Positions 36,885-48,479 of a stretch of DNA of 64,000 bases are shown here, in pieces. The stretch's first letter is position 1; each line of letters starts with the position of its first letter. The notes under the pieces were generated by a model, which saw only the letters and a program-made list of their open reading frames with translations, was not told where the DNA came from and made no database searches. The stretch is from Myxococcota bacterium (GTDB taxonomy: Bacteria; Myxococcota_A; Polyangia; Polyangiales; Sandaracinaceae): NCBI GenBank assembly GCA_036149055.1, contig JAYZQJ010000143.1:24046-88045 (forward strand), written 5' to 3'. The translations under genes and the position numbers were made by a program.

Positions 36885-37673
36885 ATGTCTCTCTCGCGCC
36901 CCCTTCGACGCTATCACGCCCACCTCTGGCTCACCATCGGCGCCCTCGGCCTCTGCCTCTGGGCGTCGGCGGCGCGTGCCCAGGACGAGGCCCCCAGCCG
37001 AGAGGACATGCAGCGCTCGGCGAGCCTCTTCGCCGAAGCCGAGGTCGCCTACAACGAGGGCGAGCTGCAGCGCGCGGTGGCCCTGCTCGAGGAGGCGCAC
37101 GACCTCTACCCGGAGCCGGTGCTCCTCTACAACCTCGCGCGGGCCCACGAGGCGCTCGGCGCGCTCGAGGAGGCGCTCGAGAGCTACGAGGGCTACCTCG
37201 CGGCCTCGCCCGACACCCCGGACCGCGGCGCGATCCAGCGCCGGATCGACTCGCTCCGCGTCCAGATCGCCGAGGCGGAGGCGGCCCGGAACCGTCCGCC
37301 GCCGCCCGCTCCGCCGGCCCCGGCGGCCCCCCGCTCCGATCCCGCCTCGCCGTGGATCCTCTCCTCCGCGATCGTCTCCGCCGCCGCGGTCGCGGCGCTC
37401 GGGGTCGGCGTGGCCCTGGCGGTGCTCTCCGAGGGCCAGCTCGCGGAGGCCGAGGCGGCGGTGAACCACCGCGACGCCTTCCCCGCCCTGGAGTCCGCTC
37501 AGGACCTCGCGCTCGGCGCGAACGTCCTCTTCGTCGCCGCCGGCACCCTGGCGGCCGCCGCCGCGACCGGCTGGGTCATCGCCGCGGTCGTCGGGGGTCA
37601 GGCCGAGGATCGGGGCGACGTGGCGCTCGGGATCGGCCCGGGATCGCTCTCCCTCCGTCTGCGTTGGCGCTGA
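36885..37673 (+). CDS. Secreted/membrane TPR protein
   Basis: Signal-like N-terminus, LLYNLARAHEALG TPR, C-terminal IGPGSLSLRLRW; similar layout to 4683-5384. Confidence 0.78.
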   Translation: MSLSRPLRRYHAHLWLTIGALGLCLWASAARAQDEAPSREDMQRSASLFAEAEVAYNEGELQRAVALLEEAHDLYPEPVLLYNLARAHEALGALEEALESYEGYLAASPDTPDRGAIQRRIDSLRVQIAEAEAARNRPPPPAPPAPAAPRSDPASPWILSSAIVSAAAVAALGVGVALAVLSEGQLAEAEAAVNHRDAFPALESAQDLALGANVLFVAAGTLAAAAATGWVIAAVVGGQAEDRGDVALGIGPGSLSLRLRWR

Positions 37674-37700
37674 GCCGGTCGCTTCGGATACGATCCCCCC

Positions 37701-40487
37701 ATGGCGCGGCGCAAAGGCCGGACGAGGGCGCTGCCTCTCGCGCATCGCCTCCCCAACCCCTCCGACCCGTTCGTGGGCCGCGAGGACGAGACGCGCCGGC
37801 TCGCCCGGGCCCTCGAGGAGGTGCCGGTCAGCGTCGTCGTGGGGCCCGGCGGCATCGGCAAGACCGCGCTCGCCACCGCCACGCTCCGCCAGGCCGCGCC
37901 GGATCGCTTCGCCCAGGGCCTCTACCTCGGCGTCCCGCCGGACGAGCCGGTCGAGCAGATCCGCGGCCGGCTGCTCCGCCTGCTCGCCGACGCCGAGGGC
38001 TCCGAGCTCGACGTCGAGGCGCTCCGGGGCGAGCCGGAGGCCTCGATCGCGGCCGCGATCGATCTCGCCGAGGCGTCCGCCCGGCTGGTCCTGCTCGACG
38101 ACGTGCACCACACCGACGTCGAGGCGATCGGCGACCTGCTCACCCGGCTGTCGACCTACGCCCGGCGCAGCCGCTGGATCGCGACCAGCCGCACGCGCCT
38201 CCCGGCCACCGGCCCCCGCGTCGTCGAGCTCGAGGGCATGCCCGAGCGCGACCTGCTCACCCTCGCCGAGGCGCTCGCGCCCGAGCGCTCGATGGACGAG
38301 GCGCGGCGCGCGGCGCGGTCGGCGACGGGCTCGCCCTGGCTGCTCCAGCAGTTCGTGGCGATGGGGGAGACGGCGCGGGAGGTGTCGCGGGAGCAGCTGC
38401 TGGCCGAGCTGCCGGCCCGCGCGGCCGCGTTCCTGGAGAGCCTCGCCGTGCTGCGCGCGCCGCTCCCGCTCGACCGGCTCGCCACCTTCGCGCCGATCCC
38501 GGACCCGCCGACCCTGGAGCGGCTCGCGCGCCGCGGGCTGGTGCAGTCGGCGGAGGGCGGGCTCCGCCTGCACGACGTGCTGCGCGGGCTGTTCGCCCAG
38601 GGCGACGACCCGCGGCGGGACGAGGCCCGGAGGCGCGCCGCCGAGGCGCTCGCGGGGAGTGAGCACGCGACCGACGTGCTCGAGGCGGCCCGGCTCTGGG
38701 CCGAGCTGTCCGAGAAGGAGGCGCTCCACGCGCTGCTCGAGCGCCGGGCTGAGCAGCTCCTGAGCGAGGGCCTCGCGCCGCGCCTCTGGACGATCCTGGC
38801 GCATCGACCGGAGCCGTCCCTGACCCACCTCAAGCTCCGGTGCGCCGCCGAGCTGGGCAACGCCACCGCGCTGTCCGCCGTCCAGGCGCCGGTCGAGCCG
38901 GACGCGGCGGCCCGCTTCGCCTGGGCGTCCACGCTCTACGCCCAGGGCGAGGTCTACCGCGCGCGCGCCGAGGCGGAGGCGGCCCTCGCGCGCGGCGCGA
39001 CCGGGCCGTGGGTCCACGGCGCGCACCGGCTCGTCGCCCGCTGTCACGCCCACGCGCTCGAGATCGACGAGGCGCGCGCCGCGCTCGGCCGCGCGACCGG
39101 GGGGGCGGGGCTCGAGGCCTACCTCGACGCGCTGGAGGGAGACCTGGAGGCGATCGAGCGGGCGCGCGACTCGGTCGACGCGGCCGACGCGCAGGAGGCC
39201 TGGCTGGATCTCTCGGCGGCCTACGAGGCGGCGGGCCGCGCCGACGCCGCCGACGAGCTGCTCGACCGCGTCCTCGCCACCCCGCGCGGCGGTCGGGCGG
39301 ATCACTTCGTCGCCCGGCGGGCGCTGGTGCTCCGGGCGCGGCTGCGGCTCGAGGCGGGCGAGCTGATCGACGTGGCCGAGATCGTCGACACGGTGCGCCC
39401 CTTCTCGCGCGCGCCGTCGCTGCTCCGGGCGTTCGTGCTCGAGCTGGACGCGGCCCGCGCGATCGCCGAGGGCGAGCTCGAGGGGATCGACGCGCGCCTG
39501 GAGGCGGCCGCGCGGGAGGCGTTCCCGGTCGACGCCCGCTGTCACGCGCGGGTCAAGCGGCTCGCCTGGGAGCTCGCCCGGGAGCGCGCCCGGGAGGCGG
39601 CGGCGCCGTCCGGAGTGGGGCCCTCGCCGGAGGCGCGGGAGCTCGCCGCCCGGCGCGGAGAGGAGATCGACGGCGGCGTGCCGCGGGAGCGCGTGGTCGC
39701 CGGCGTGGCCGCGGCGGAGCGGGCGCTCGCGGCGGGGCAGGCCGGCGTCGCCCTCGAGCAGGTCGACGGCGCGGTGCGCGAGGCCACCGTCGCCGGGCAG
39801 CGCCTCCTCGCGGCCCGGGCGATGGCGCTCGCCTGTGACGCGGCCGCGCTCGCGGGGCTCTGGTCCGAGCTGCCCGAGCGCGCGGGCGCCCTGGCCGAGC
39901 TGGCCGAGTGGATGTCCTCCGAGCGCTGGCGCGCGCCCGCCGAGCTGATCCTCGGCCCGGGCGATCCGGGCACGCTCGAGCGCCTCGCCGCCGGGGAGCG
40001 CGTCGACCCCCGCAGCGCGCGCCGCGCCCAGGCCCTGCTCGGCGGCGACCCCGCCCTGGACGACCGCGATCGCGCCGTCGTCGACGCGCTGCGGGCGCGC
40101 ACCGGCCTGCGGGTCCGGTCGCCTGGCTCCGGCTCCGCCGATTGGGAGGTGGGCTGGGGCCTCGACGAGCGCACCCAGAGCGTCTGGCTCGAGGACGGAC
40201 GCACCATCGCGCTCGCGAGCCGCAGCCTCCTCTGGCGGGTGCTGGTCGCCCTCGCCGACGAGGGCGGCGAGGCGAGCAAAGAGCACCTCGTGCTCGCCGC
40301 GTGGGGAGAGCGCGAGTACCACCCCGGCCGGCACGACGCGAAGCTCCACGTCTCCATCCGCAAGCTGCGCCAGACGATCGAAGACGACGCCTCGCGGCCC
40401 ACGCGGCTGCTCACCCTCGACGACGGCTACCGGCTCGGCGGCGTGGTGCGGCGGGCCGCGCAGGCAGCGCACGGCAAGGGCGCGTGA
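37701..40487 (+). CDS. STAND-like P-loop ATPase with C-terminal OmpR-type winged-helix domain
   Basis: FVGRE, GPGGIGKT, LLDDVH, IATSR, LHD; C-terminal LHVSIRKLRQTIEDDASRPTRLLTLDDGYRL. Confidence 0.82.
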   Translation: MARRKGRTRALPLAHRLPNPSDPFVGREDETRRLARALEEVPVSVVVGPGGIGKTALATATLRQAAPDRFAQGLYLGVPPDEPVEQIRGRLLRLLADAEGSELDVEALRGEPEASIAAAIDLAEASARLVLLDDVHHTDVEAIGDLLTRLSTYARRSRWIATSRTRLPATGPRVVELEGMPERDLLTLAEALAPERSMDEARRAARSATGSPWLLQQFVAMGETAREVSREQLLAELPARAAAFLESLAVLRAPLPLDRLATFAPIPDPPTLERLARRGLVQSAEGGLRLHDVLRGLFAQGDDPRRDEARRRAAEALAGSEHATDVLEAARLWAELSEKEALHALLERRAEQLLSEGLAPRLWTILAHRPEPSLTHLKLRCAAELGNATALSAVQAPVEPDAAARFAWASTLYAQGEVYRARAEAEAALARGATGPWVHGAHRLVARCHAHALEIDEARAALGRATGGAGLEAYLDALEGDLEAIERARDSVDAADAQEAWLDLSAAYEAAGRADAADELLDRVLATPRGGRADHFVARRALVLRARLRLEAGELIDVAEIVDTVRPFSRAPSLLRAFVLELDAARAIAEGELEGIDARLEAAAREAFPVDARCHARVKRLAWELARERAREAAAPSGVGPSPEARELAARRGEEIDGGVPRERVVAGVAAAERALAAGQAGVALEQVDGAVREATVAGQRLLAARAMALACDAAALAGLWSELPERAGALAELAEWMSSERWRAPAELILGPGDPGTLERLAAGERVDPRSARRAQALLGGDPALDDRDRAVVDALRARTGLRVRSPGSGSADWEVGWGLDERTQSVWLEDGRTIALASRSLLWRVLVALADEGGEASKEHLVLAAWGEREYHPGRHDAKLHVSIRKLRQTIEDDASRPTRLLTLDDGYRLGGVVRRAAQAAHGKGA

Positions 40488-40500
40488 TAGCCTCGAGGAG

Positions 40501-41517
40501 ATGCGAAGCCTCGCGCTGATCGGCGCGCTCGCCGCCGCGTCCCTGGGCGGCTGCGCCGCCGACCTGGACCTCTCCGACAAGCCCTGCCCCTGCGCGCCGG
40601 GCTGGCTCTGCGTCAGCGGGCTCTGCGTGAACGGGAGCGACGGTCAGCCCGGTCGGATCACGGTCGGCGACCTGCGCTCGGACTGGCAGACGCCCAACGT
40701 CATCCACTGGCGCTGGAGCCTCGCGGGCGACCCGACCGACTTCGCGGAGCTGCAGCTGGTCGTGGCCGAGACGCAGGAAGACGTGCTCGAGCGCGGACCG
40801 ACCGCGCGCGTCTTCGATCAGGAGTCCCGGCCGGCGCTCGGCGCCTACTACCGCCGGCGGACCGGCGGGGACGACGACGCGGTCGAGTCCGTGCACACCG
40901 ACGGCCACGAGCCCAGCACCCGCTACTTCGCGCAGCTGGTGGCGTTCGACACGGGCGGGCACATCACGCGCAGCAACGTGGCGATGGTGACCACCCAGGC
41001 GCCGCCGATCGACGGGCTCGTGCTCTTCGACGACGGAGAGCGCATCGGCGGCTACGGGCTGCCGGCGGACAGCTGGGCGGTCTCGGACGAGCGCCCCTTC
41101 GCGGGCGAGCGTCACCTCACCTACACCCACCCCTGCCCGAGCGGCGCGGCCTGCTACGACAACGCCCGCCGGCACGACCTCGGCCTCGGGCCGCTCGCCT
41201 ACTCCGGCGGCACCCACGCCCTCGCCTACCTCGAGATGCGGGTGGCCATCGACGGGACGGTGGCGGCCGACTGGTGCGAGATCGGCCTGCACCTCACGCG
41301 CGTCGAGGGCGGCGGCCGAGACAACTTCGGCCTGCAGCCCGTGGTGCCGCTCGCCGACGGCGAGTACCACCTGCTCCAGGTCCCGCTGACCGCGCTGGGC
41401 AGCGGAAGGCTGACCTACGAGCGCGCGACCGCGACCACGGTCGACGGCTTCCGGATCGGCTGCAACTTCGTCGCCGGCACCCGCGTCCACATCGACGAGG
41501 TCGCGATCCGCTGGTGA
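40501..41517 (+). CDS. Hypothetical lipoprotein
   Basis: SLGGC lipobox, short Cys motif (CPCAPGWLCVSGLC), GAGGAG RBS. Confidence 0.75.
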   Translation: MRSLALIGALAAASLGGCAADLDLSDKPCPCAPGWLCVSGLCVNGSDGQPGRITVGDLRSDWQTPNVIHWRWSLAGDPTDFAELQLVVAETQEDVLERGPTARVFDQESRPALGAYYRRRTGGDDDAVESVHTDGHEPSTRYFAQLVAFDTGGHITRSNVAMVTTQAPPIDGLVLFDDGERIGGYGLPADSWAVSDERPFAGERHLTYTHPCPSGAACYDNARRHDLGLGPLAYSGGTHALAYLEMRVAIDGTVAADWCEIGLHLTRVEGGGRDNFGLQPVVPLADGEYHLLQVPLTALGSGRLTYERATATTVDGFRIGCNFVAGTRVHIDEVAIRW

Positions 41518-41521
41518 CGCG

Positions 41522-41599
41522 TCAGAGACCGAACGACGCGAGCGCGAACGCCAGGATCACGAGCGCCACGGCCTCGTAGCCCAACCGGTGCTTCTGCAT
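41522..41599 (-). CDS. Small 25-aa single-pass membrane protein MQKHRLGYEAVALVILAFALASFGL
   Basis: GGGGAG RBS just upstream of ATG at 41599, almost all codons end in G/C, one hydrophobic helix; below the ORF-track cutoff. Confidence 0.6.
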   Translation of the reverse strand: MQKHRLGYEAVALVILAFALASFGL

Positions 41600-41723
41600 G
41601 TGCTCCCCCCGCGCTCCAGCGCAGCAGCTCGCGTGCCAGCGCGGGTTCGTGACGCGGGAGCGCTCTCGTCGACGCAGGCTCTGCGCCGGTGACATCTGCA
41701 CTCGAACCTGACACGCTCCGCGA

Positions 41724-42377
41724 ATGGCGGAGGAGACGCACGCACAGTGGCTGGCGCGGCAGGCCCGCCATCAGGCCGCCAAACATCGCAAGCGCATGCT
41801 GTTCGCGGCCGCGATCGCGATCGGCGCCCTCGCGCTCGGGGTCGCCCAGGTCGGGTACGTGGTCGCGAACTGGGACGTCGTGACCCTCGACTGCGCCGAC
41901 CTGAGCGTGCCGCCCACCGCGCTCCGGCTCGAGCTGCGCAACTGCGTGGCCGACCTGTCCGACATCGCGATCGAGCGGAAGGGGAGCCGGGTGCAGGCCG
42001 TCTACGCGCCGCTGCACGCTCCCGGAGATCTCCGTCCGTCTCCGGTCATCGTCCGGACGATGCGCCGCGAGATGGTCGCGTTCGCCAACGAGGGCGGCGA
42101 TCCGGCCGAGGTCGCCGCGTGGCGGGGGCCTCGAACCTTCGAGGTGGTGCGCGCGATGCCGTTCATCGGTGGCCGGAAGGTCTCGGACTTCCAGCTCGGT
42201 CGCGCCCTGCGCGGCGAGGCCGAGGAGTTCGCCGTGGTCGAGGAGACGTCGATCGGGCAGTGGTTCTCCCCCTTGGCCGGCTTCCTGGCGGTCGGCATCG
42301 CGGCGATGGCGGCCGTCTTCTACGAGCGCAAGAGCTGGAGGCGGCACCTCGGGCACGCGGAGGCCGCGAAGGGATGA
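41724..42377 (+). CDS. Hypothetical membrane protein
   Basis: N- and C-terminal hydrophobic segments; genome-like codon usage. Confidence 0.65.
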   Translation: MAEETHAQWLARQARHQAAKHRKRMLFAAAIAIGALALGVAQVGYVVANWDVVTLDCADLSVPPTALRLELRNCVADLSDIAIERKGSRVQAVYAPLHAPGDLRPSPVIVRTMRREMVAFANEGGDPAEVAAWRGPRTFEVVRAMPFIGGRKVSDFQLGRALRGEAEEFAVVEETSIGQWFSPLAGFLAVGIAAMAAVFYERKSWRRHLGHAEAAKG

Positions 42378-42416
42378 GGCTGGCCGAGCGTTCGGCGGCG
42401 CCTTAGGGTCCGCGCC

Positions 42417-43637
42417 ATGACGACGCGACGCGTGGTGGTGACCGGTCTGGGGCTCGTGAGCCCGCTCGGGCGGGACGTGAAGACGTCCTGGGAGGCGCTG
42501 GTGCGTGGCGAGTGCGGGATCCGGCCGATCGCCGAGCACCCGGACCGTCGCATCCCGGTGCACGTGGCCGGGGAGTGCCTCGACTTCGATCCCGAGCGCG
42601 TGACCGAGAAGAAGAAGCTCCGGGAGGGCGGCCGCTTCATCCACCTCTCGGTGGACGCCGCGGACCAGGCGGTGACCGACGCGGGCCTCGACGCGGAGGC
42701 GCTCGAGCGCGCCGCGGTGATGCTCGGGGTCGGCATGGGGTCCATCCGGCACATCGAGGACGCCACCCGGGTCCTCGACGAGAAGGGCCCGCGCCGGGTC
42801 TCGCCGTACCTCGTCCCGGCGATGGTCGGGAACCTCGCGGCCGGCCAGATCGCGATCCGCTTCGGCTGCCGCGGCCCGAACATGTCGACCACCGCCGCGT
42901 GCACCAGCGGTGCGCAGGCGATCGGCGAGGCGATGTGGATGATCCGCAGCGGGCGCTGCGACGTGGCCCTGGCCGGCGGCGCCGAGTCGTCGGTCGACGC
43001 GATCGCGCTCGCCGGGTTCGCCTCGCTCCGCGCGGTGAGCAAGGAGGAGGATCCGGCGCTCGCGAGCTGCCCCTACGACCGCCGCCGCAACGGCTTCGTG
43101 CTCGGCGAGGCGGCCGCGGTGATCGCGCTCGAGGAGCTCGAGCACGCCAAGCGGCGCGGGGCGAACATCCTCGCCGAGCTGCGCGGCTACGCGACGATGA
43201 CCGACGCGTTCCACATCGCGAGCCCGGCCCCCGACGGCGTGGGGCTGCGCCTCGCGATCGAGGAGACCCTGCGCGACGCCGGGGTCCCGGCCGACTCCAT
43301 CGGCTACGTGAACGGCCACGCCACCAGCACCCCGGTGGGCGACGAGATCGAGGCCCAGGTGCTGGCGAAGGCGCTGCCGGGGGTCGCGGTGTCGAGCACC
43401 AAGGGCGCCACCGGTCACGCGCTCGGCGGCGCGGGCGCGGTCGAGGCGGTCTTCAGCACCCTCGCGCTCCGCGACGGCGCCCTCCCGCCGACCCTGCACC
43501 TCGAGGAGCCGGACCCGGCGACCGAGGGCCTCGACCTGATCCGCGGCGAGACCCGCCAGGCGAAGGTCGACGCGGTGATGAGCGTGTCGAGCGGCTTCGG
43601 CGGCAGCAACGCCGGCCTCGTCCTCGCGCGGGTGTGA
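42417..43637 (+). CDS. fabF: Beta-ketoacyl-ACP synthase II
   Basis: RVVVTGLGLVSPLG, TAACTSG (Cys), NGHATST, STKGATGH, SGFGG. Confidence 0.9.
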   Translation: MTTRRVVVTGLGLVSPLGRDVKTSWEALVRGECGIRPIAEHPDRRIPVHVAGECLDFDPERVTEKKKLREGGRFIHLSVDAADQAVTDAGLDAEALERAAVMLGVGMGSIRHIEDATRVLDEKGPRRVSPYLVPAMVGNLAAGQIAIRFGCRGPNMSTTAACTSGAQAIGEAMWMIRSGRCDVALAGGAESSVDAIALAGFASLRAVSKEEDPALASCPYDRRRNGFVLGEAAAVIALEELEHAKRRGANILAELRGYATMTDAFHIASPAPDGVGLRLAIEETLRDAGVPADSIGYVNGHATSTPVGDEIEAQVLAKALPGVAVSSTKGATGHALGGAGAVEAVFSTLALRDGALPPTLHLEEPDPATEGLDLIRGETRQAKVDAVMSVSSGFGGSNAGLVLARV

Positions 43638-43659
43638 GCTCCGCCTCGCCGAGCTCGCG

Positions 43660-44382
43660 TCAGCGCAGGGCGCGGCGGAGGACGCGGCGCGCGTTGTGGA
43701 AGATGAGGCGCGCGTCGACGTGGAAGAGGATCGGCAGGGAGAAGCCCTCGCGCCAGCGGGGGTTCAGGGCCTCGTAGCGATCGTGCAGCGCGCGCGCCTC
43801 GGGTGAGCGCGGGAGCGACTCGGAGTCGGCGACGTTGGAGCCGCCGACCAGCCCCTCGCCTTCGTCGAACGCGTCGCCGCAGAAGGTCTGCGCGAACCGG
43901 GTCAGCGCCCGGCGCTCCCAGGCGGGCAGACCGGGGTCTCGCAGGGAGAAGACCCGGCCCGAGGTGCGCGCGAGCGAGACGTAGCTCTGGGGGAACGCGG
44001 TGGTCACGAAGTGCAGCCGGCGCGGGCCGTAGCGTCGAAGCGTGAGCGGCAGGAGCCTCCACGGCGACAGGATCGACTTCGGGTGCCCGCGGAAGTCCCG
44101 GTGGAAGTAGAAGTACTTCGAGTACATCAAGAGGTCGCGCCGGCCGGGCTCCTCCATCGGAAGGAACGCGATGGTGAAGAAGCCGCGGACGACCTCGTCG
44201 TCGTCGACGAACGCGAAGAGGCAGCGATCGGGGCCGCGCACGAACCCGGAGAAGACCTCCCAGTCGGCCTCCCGGCTCCGGGTCAGGGTGAGCATGGTGA
44301 GCCGCAGCGCCCAGACCTCACGCAGGAGGTCCTCCGGGATCGCCTCTCCGTCGCAGAAGCGTAGGTGGAGCCTTCGGGCCAT
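43660..44382 (-). CDS. Hypothetical protein (possibly GNAT-like)
   Basis: ATG at 44382; aromatic-rich globular sequence with YFHRDFRG resembling an acyltransferase motif A. Confidence 0.65.
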   Translation of the reverse strand: MARRLHLRFCDGEAIPEDLLREVWALRLTMLTLTRSREADWEVFSGFVRGPDRCLFAFVDDDEVVRGFFTIAFLPMEEPGRRDLLMYSKYFYFHRDFRGHPKSILSPWRLLPLTLRRYGPRRLHFVTTAFPQSYVSLARTSGRVFSLRDPGLPAWERRALTRFAQTFCGDAFDEGEGLVGGSNVADSESLPRSPEARALHDRYEALNPRWREGFSLPILFHVDARLIFHNARRVLRRALR

Positions 44383-44496
44383 GGCCGAGCCGTACACCCC
44401 TCTCGCGCAGGACGCACCCGCCCCCGCGCGGCCCCGGCGCGGGCCACCTGCGGCGACGCGCTGGCTCTGGGAGGCGGGACGCACTAAGCAGCGGCC

Positions 44497-45369
44497 GTGC
44501 GCGCCCCCGTCGGCACCCTCCTGATCGTCGGCGCCGCGACCGCGTGGGGCACCTGGAGCTTGCTCCTGCGGCCGACCGGCTTGCCGGCGACGGTCACCGC
44601 GCCGCTGCTGCTGCTCGGCATCTTCGTCTTCGCGATCCCGTTCTTTCGCTACGACGGGGTGATCCCGCGCTGGGATCGCACGACGCTCGTGCTGGTCGGC
44701 GCCTACGCGGCCCTCGACGCGCTCAACGTGGGCACCTTCTTCGCCGCGATGAGCGTGACGAGCGTGGCGGTGGCGGTCCTGACGCACTCGGTGGCGCCGG
44801 TGCTGGTGGCGCTGCTGGCGCCGATGATCGAGAAGCGGGCGGCGCCGCGCGCGCTGCCGGCCGCCGGGCTCGCGCTGGCCGGGCTCTGTCTGCTCCTGCG
44901 GCCGTGGGAGCCAGCGGCGCTGACCGGAGATCTCGGGCTGGGCGCGGCCCTCGGGCTCGCGAGCGCGGCCGGCTACGCGGCGCTGGTCTTCCTCGTGACC
45001 CCGCTGGCCGCGCGGATCGGGCCGGCGCGCACCATGGGCTGGCACGCGCTCTTCGCGGCGCTGCTGCTCGCGCCCCTCGCCGCGCCCCACCTCGGTGAGG
45101 TCGAGCTCCGGGACATCGGCTGGATGGCGGTGGCGGCGCTCTTCCCGGGGGTGCTGGCCGGCATCGCGTTCGTGCGTGGGCTCGCCCGGGTGGGGGCGGC
45201 GCGCGCCGCGGTGCTGGTCTTCGTCGAGCCGGTCGTCGCCTGTCTGGTCGGGTGGCTCGCGTTCGGAGAGCGCCTCCCGCCGATCGCCCTCTTCGGCGCC
45301 GCGCTCGTCCTCGGCGCGGGCCTCCTCGTCTCCTTCGGACGGGCCCGTGCGGTTTCAGCCGAGGTGTAG
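44497..45369 (+). CDS. DMT/EamA family transporter
   Basis: About 10 hydrophobic segments, AAVLVFVEPVVA...GWLAFGE. Confidence 0.88.
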   Translation: MRAPVGTLLIVGAATAWGTWSLLLRPTGLPATVTAPLLLLGIFVFAIPFFRYDGVIPRWDRTTLVLVGAYAALDALNVGTFFAAMSVTSVAVAVLTHSVAPVLVALLAPMIEKRAAPRALPAAGLALAGLCLLLRPWEPAALTGDLGLGAALGLASAAGYAALVFLVTPLAARIGPARTMGWHALFAALLLAPLAAPHLGEVELRDIGWMAVAALFPGVLAGIAFVRGLARVGAARAAVLVFVEPVVACLVGWLAFGERLPPIALFGAALVLGAGLLVSFGRARAVSAEV

Positions 45370-45408
45370 GACCTTGCATGGCGTCGGTATTCGGATGACT
45401 CTGCTCCG

Positions 45409-47522
<2,114 letters not shown>

Positions 47523-47523
<1 letters not shown>

Positions 47524-47541
47524 GGCCCCCGAAGGGGGCCC
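47523..47541. terminator. GC hairpin directly after the stop codon
   Basis: GGGCCCCC-GAA-GGGGGCCC; no U-tract. Confidence 0.4.
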
Positions 47542-47715
47542 CCGTGCCCCTGCCCGTGCCCGTGCCCCTGCCCGATCCCCCGGATCGGGCGGGCCCGGGG
47601 AGAGTCCCGAGCCAGCCGGGCGTCCTCGCAGACGAGCAAGTTCCCGTAGACGTGCTCCTGGACGCTCGATGGCCGCGCTCCGTGCGTGTGACGGTTCATG
47701 CACGGCCCTGCCGCC

Positions 47716-47881
47716 GAGGACGTGCACGAGTACGTGCACGTGCACGAGGACGTGCACGAGGACGAGGACGTGCACGAGGACGTGCACGAGGACGAGGACG
47801 TGCACGAGGACGAGGACGTGCACGAGGACGAGGACGAGCACGTGCACGAGGACGAGTACGTGCACGAGGACGAGCACGTGC
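47716..47881. repeat. Hexamer mosaic repeat (GAGGAC/GTGCAC/GAGCAC/GAGTAC)
   Basis: About 165 nt of alternating hexamers between convergent genes; reads VHEDED... in ORF 47698-47922. Confidence 0.85.
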
Positions 47882-47918
47882 GCGGCGGGCCTGCGGGCCC
47901 GCCGTTCGAGGGACGGGG

Positions 47919-48479
47919 TTAGCGCAGCGTGGCTCGGATCGCGGGATAGTCGCTTTCGGAGATCGCCCCCGCGCGCGCGCACACCACGCGGCCGTCCGCG
48001 TCGGTGAGCACGTGGATCGGCAGCGACGCCGCCTCCCCGAGCCCGAGGCTGGCGCCCCAGGCCGCGATGGCCTGGGGATCGGCCACCCGCACGCTCTCGG
48101 GCACGTCGCCGTGGCTCTGCTCGAAGCGGGCGATGGCCTCGTCGTCCGCGTCGGCGCTGACGAAGCGGAGGCTGACCGGGGTGCCGTCGGCCTCGAGCCG
48201 CTCGGCGAAGCGCGTCAGCAGGGGCAGCTCCTCGACGCACGGCTGGCACCACGTCGCCCACACGTTCACCCAGCGGCGCCCCTCGGCGGGCGCGGCGCGG
48301 TGACCCTCGGCGAGCGGCGGCAGCGTGAGCCGGGTGCCGGGCGTCGCGTCACAGAGGTCGTCGGCCGCGGGCTCCTCGGCCGCGACCGCGACCACCCGCG
48401 ACGGGAGCGGCTGGGTCGGGCCCTCCTCGCCGCAGCCGGCGAAGAGGAGCGCGGCGATCACAAACGACAGTCGATCCAT
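47919..48479 (-). CDS. TlpA-like thioredoxin lipoprotein
   Basis: LFAGC lipobox, VNVWATWCQPCVEELP, LP cis-Pro region. Confidence 0.88.
   Translation of the reverse strand: MDRLSFVIAALLFAGCGEEGPTQPLPSRVVAVAAEEPAADDLCDATPGTRLTLPPLAEGHRAAPAEGRRWVNVWATWCQPCVEELPLLTRFAERLEADGTPVSLRFVSADADDEAIARFEQSHGDVPESVRVADPQAIAAWGASLGLGEAASLPIHVLTDADGRVVCARAGAISESDYPAIRATLR

Noticed and set aside
36858..40580. 1240-aa minus-strand ORF, and similar giants such as 56710-60315, 2108-4645, 24635-27301 and 45355-48261
   Set aside because: Antisense or off-frame shadows of real genes, rich in Arg/Gly/Ala/Pro as expected in very GC-rich DNA, with no motifs
42417..43637. Type II PKS cluster
   Set aside because: A single FabF-like KS with no chain-length factor, ACP or cyclase nearby
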